A DNA stretch of 64,000 nt, taken from the NCBI RefSeq assembly GCF_004010195.1, contig NC_057711.1, positions 74,850,433-74,914,432 on the forward strand. Direction: 5' to 3'. Below the pieces are notes generated by a model, which ran no database searches, had not been told where the DNA came from, and worked only from the letters and a program-made list of their open reading frames with translations. The stretch comes from Chiloscyllium plagiosum. Taxonomy: Eukaryota. This document shows, one piece after another, positions 61,301-64,000 of this stretch. Within the stretch, counting starts at the first letter, position 1; each line of letters opens with the position of its first letter. Made by a program: the position numbers and the translations under genes.

Positions 61301-62063
61301 AGGTGCTTTCTAGCCAGCTGGATACATCATAAGAAAGTTGAGAAAAACAGGGAAAAAAATTCTCTCCAGAGCTGATGGAAAAAATCTGGAAAAGCTCTCG
61401 TCAGCCCCTAGGCAATCAAATGTAGTCAAATGTCCTAACGTCAAATTACATGACCAAAGTCAGTTGCTCACATGCTGTTTGCAATAATTATCACCTGTAC
61501 AATTGTCACTTGTAAATTGTGAACAAGTCATGTTGAGGGAAGTTGAGCATAATTGAAGGAAGTTCTGTTAGAATTTTGTAAGTGTGTTATGATTAATTGT
61601 TCGAATGAACTTTATGAATAAAGTTCTCAGTGTAGCCCCTGACAAGTATGTCAGTGTTGTAGTGTCAGTGCCTTTCTTGAATCTGACAATGAATCCCCAT
61701 CATGAGCAGTAAGGAAGATAGGAAGTTACATTGATGGATATGCCATCAATTCCTCATTATAATCTATTCATAATGCTGATGTTGATATTATGTCATTCAA
61801 GGTTTTTGTTTACTCATTCATGGGTTATGAATGTCACTTGTAGGTTCAGAACTGTCTGTTCAGAATTGTCCTTGAGGAGTTACCTTAAACCTACTTGTTA
61901 ACATATTACAGTCTGCGCAGCAGAGGCACACCTACTGTGGTGTTAGGTAGGGAGTTCCAGGATATTGACCCTACAACAACAAAGGAACATTGATATATAT
62001 CCAGGTTGAGGTTATAAATGATTTGTAGACAAATGTGAGCTGACAGTGTTCTCATGTGCCTGC

Positions 62064-62305
62064 ATCCTCTGAATTCAAATAGTAGGGCCTTTGAGGTTCT
62101 TCTTCAAAGCAAGCTCAATCAAATCAACGCACGGGGCACTGTATTCGGAGGGCTGAAGATCATTTTCCATGAGGCATATTCCTGATGAAGGGCTTTTGCC
62201 CGAAACGTTGATTCTCCTACACCTCGGATGCTGCCTGACCTGCTATGCTTTTCCAGCTCCACACTCTCAACACTAATCTCTAGCATCTGCAGTCCTCGCT
62301 TTTGG
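62064..62305 (+). mobile_element. Composite insertion: locally copied DNA plus a PLE family A arm
   Basis: 13-bp TSD CTCATGTGC(C/T)TGC (62051-62063, 62306-62318); 62060-62171 matches 62663-62785. Confidence 0.85.
62178..62213 (+). ncRNA. Minimal type I hammerhead ribozyme motif
   Basis: ATTC-CTGATGA-A-GGGC(TTTT)GCCC-GAAA-CG-TT^GATT. Confidence 0.72.
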
Positions 62306-63354
62306 CTCATGTGCTTGCTAGCTTTGTCCTACTTGGCGGAGATTGTGAGTTGGAAAATTCTATCCAATAAACCTTAGCTAGTTGCTGAAATGCATCTTAT
62401 AGACTTTACATATGACAGATTTGATGTGTCAGTATGAAAGGAGTGAACATTTATGGTGGTGGGCAGGGTGCAGATCAAGCAGTCTGGTTGGTGTAGAGCC
62501 TCGTGTCTGTTGTTAGAGCTCCAGGCAAGTGAGTATTTGACAAAGAAAAACTCCAGTAATCAATGAAAATCCAAATATACAAATAATTGTCTTCATTGCA
62601 TTCCGTACCGCATTGAGATCTGGAATTTGTATCAGCAATCAAATTTGATCAGAATTCCTCCACTGCATCCTCTGAATTAAAAGATTAGGGCCTTTGAATA
62701 ATCACTAAAGTTCTTCTTGAAAGCAGGCTCAATGGAATCAATGCACTGGGTACTATATTCAGATGGCTGAAGATCATTTTCCATGCCAGATCCTGATTTT
62801 CCGATTCTCAATCAGCTAATATTCCAGTGGAGAACAACAGAACACTTCAACTGTACCTTAGAGCTTGGAGTGTGCCAGCATTGACTTTAATACCAAGAAG
62901 GAGCTTTCAAAATATTGTTCAAAATGACATTAAATTATTATTAGTGGCACAAACTTTGAGTCCCAAGAAAAAGAAGCAACCCTACATTCCAGATGCAACT
63001 AACTAATCAGATACTCTCCCTCCCATTCCCGCCATTGACCAAATATTAGCAGCTGGAGAACTGGTCTGTTCAGTCCTATGAAAACCCGTGTCAGAAACTC
63101 ATGACCATGCATAATCATAATCTCGAAGCAAGGGAAAACGACAAATCCAATATTAGTATTTTTGGCTGCTATAAAATTCTATGTGTTAACCTAATCAGCA
63201 AAATGAACTAGAATTTTATTTTAGCTGCAGTAATTAATGAATCAGATACAGCTCTGACTGTCAATGAGGAAGAACTCAGAAATAATCACCAATTGAAATG
63301 ACTGTATACATTAGCCTAAACCAAAACAAGAACTGATTAAAGAACCACAGAAAC

Positions 63355-64000
63355 ATACAGCTATAGAAATGTTACTGTACAGTCAAAGGACATTTAGCCC
63401 ACTGTGTCTGTGCTGCTCAAAAACAAACAGATGCCCATTCTAATCCCGTGTTCCAGCACCTAGTCCATAGCCTCGCAGATTAGTGCTTCACATGCAGATC
63501 CTTAAATGAATTCAGCGTTTCTGCCTCTAACATCAAACCAGGCAGTGAAAATCAAACACCCACTACCCTCCAGGTAAAAGGTTTTTCTTCTTTAATCCTT
63601 TTATCTTGAATCTGTGCATGTGATAATTGACTTTCCCACTTGGGGAAACAGGTCTTTCCACTCTACTCTGTCCATGTCTGTCTTAGTTTTGTACCCCTCA
63701 ATTAAGGTATTCTCAGCCTCCTCTCGTCAAAGGAAAAGAATCCTACTCTATCCAATATTTTCTCATGGAAGTAATTGTTAAGCCCTTGCAAAATTCTGAG
63801 AAATTTCCCCTACTCACCACAGAGAAAATCATGGTCTTCCTGCATAGCAGTGATCACAACTGTCCACAAAATGACAGTTATGATCTAATTAATGTTTCAT
63901 ACAGTCCCACCATTACATCTCCACTTTTGCATTCAATACCTCATCCAGTAAAGGAAAGCATTCTACATACTTTTTTAAACCATCTTATCTACACTGTCCT
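63355..64000 (-). mobile_element. CR1 3' remnant running off the window end
   Basis: TAGAAATGTTACTGTACAG...CATTTAGCCCAC...CCCACTACCCTCCAGGTAAAAGGTTTTTC, reverse CR1 tail. Confidence 0.75.

Larger units (their letters stand above)
61810..62530 (-). mobile_element. LINE 3' remnant (same family as 59440-59710), interrupted at 62064-62305
   Basis: GGTAGGGAGTTCCAGGATATTGACCC etc. match the reverse of the 59440 element. Confidence 0.6.

Overview
Eukaryotic, AT-rich, repeat-dense non-coding DNA (intron or intergenic). The repeat set (HE1-type V-SINEs, a Deu-domain SINE, many CR1 remnants) points to a cartilaginous fish, probably a shark; this is inference. I can support no host protein-coding exon: the recognisable ORFs are decayed transposon pieces (CR1 ORF1 esterase/RT, Rex1/Babar RT, Penelope GIY-YIG, Gypsy gag/protease/RT/integrase, possibly hAT). 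The most striking signal is a dense population (about 20 copies, at least four sequence families) of short Penelope-like element (PLE) derivatives. Many carry a minimal type I hammerhead ribozyme motif (stem I, CUGANGA, stem II, GAAA, palindromic stem III, cleavage triplet). Several are fold-back palindromes with a ribozyme motif on each strand and 12-16 bp target-site duplications (TSDs); the copy at 43202-43430 has perfect 94-bp arms. A second recurring signal is short patches of nearby DNA copied into insertion sites. Also present: a probable solo LTR with a 4x33-bp E-box array, a TA-flanked Tc2/pogo-type MITE and nested or inverted SINEs. Family names come from my recall of consensus motifs, not database searches, and boundaries of old elements are approximate.
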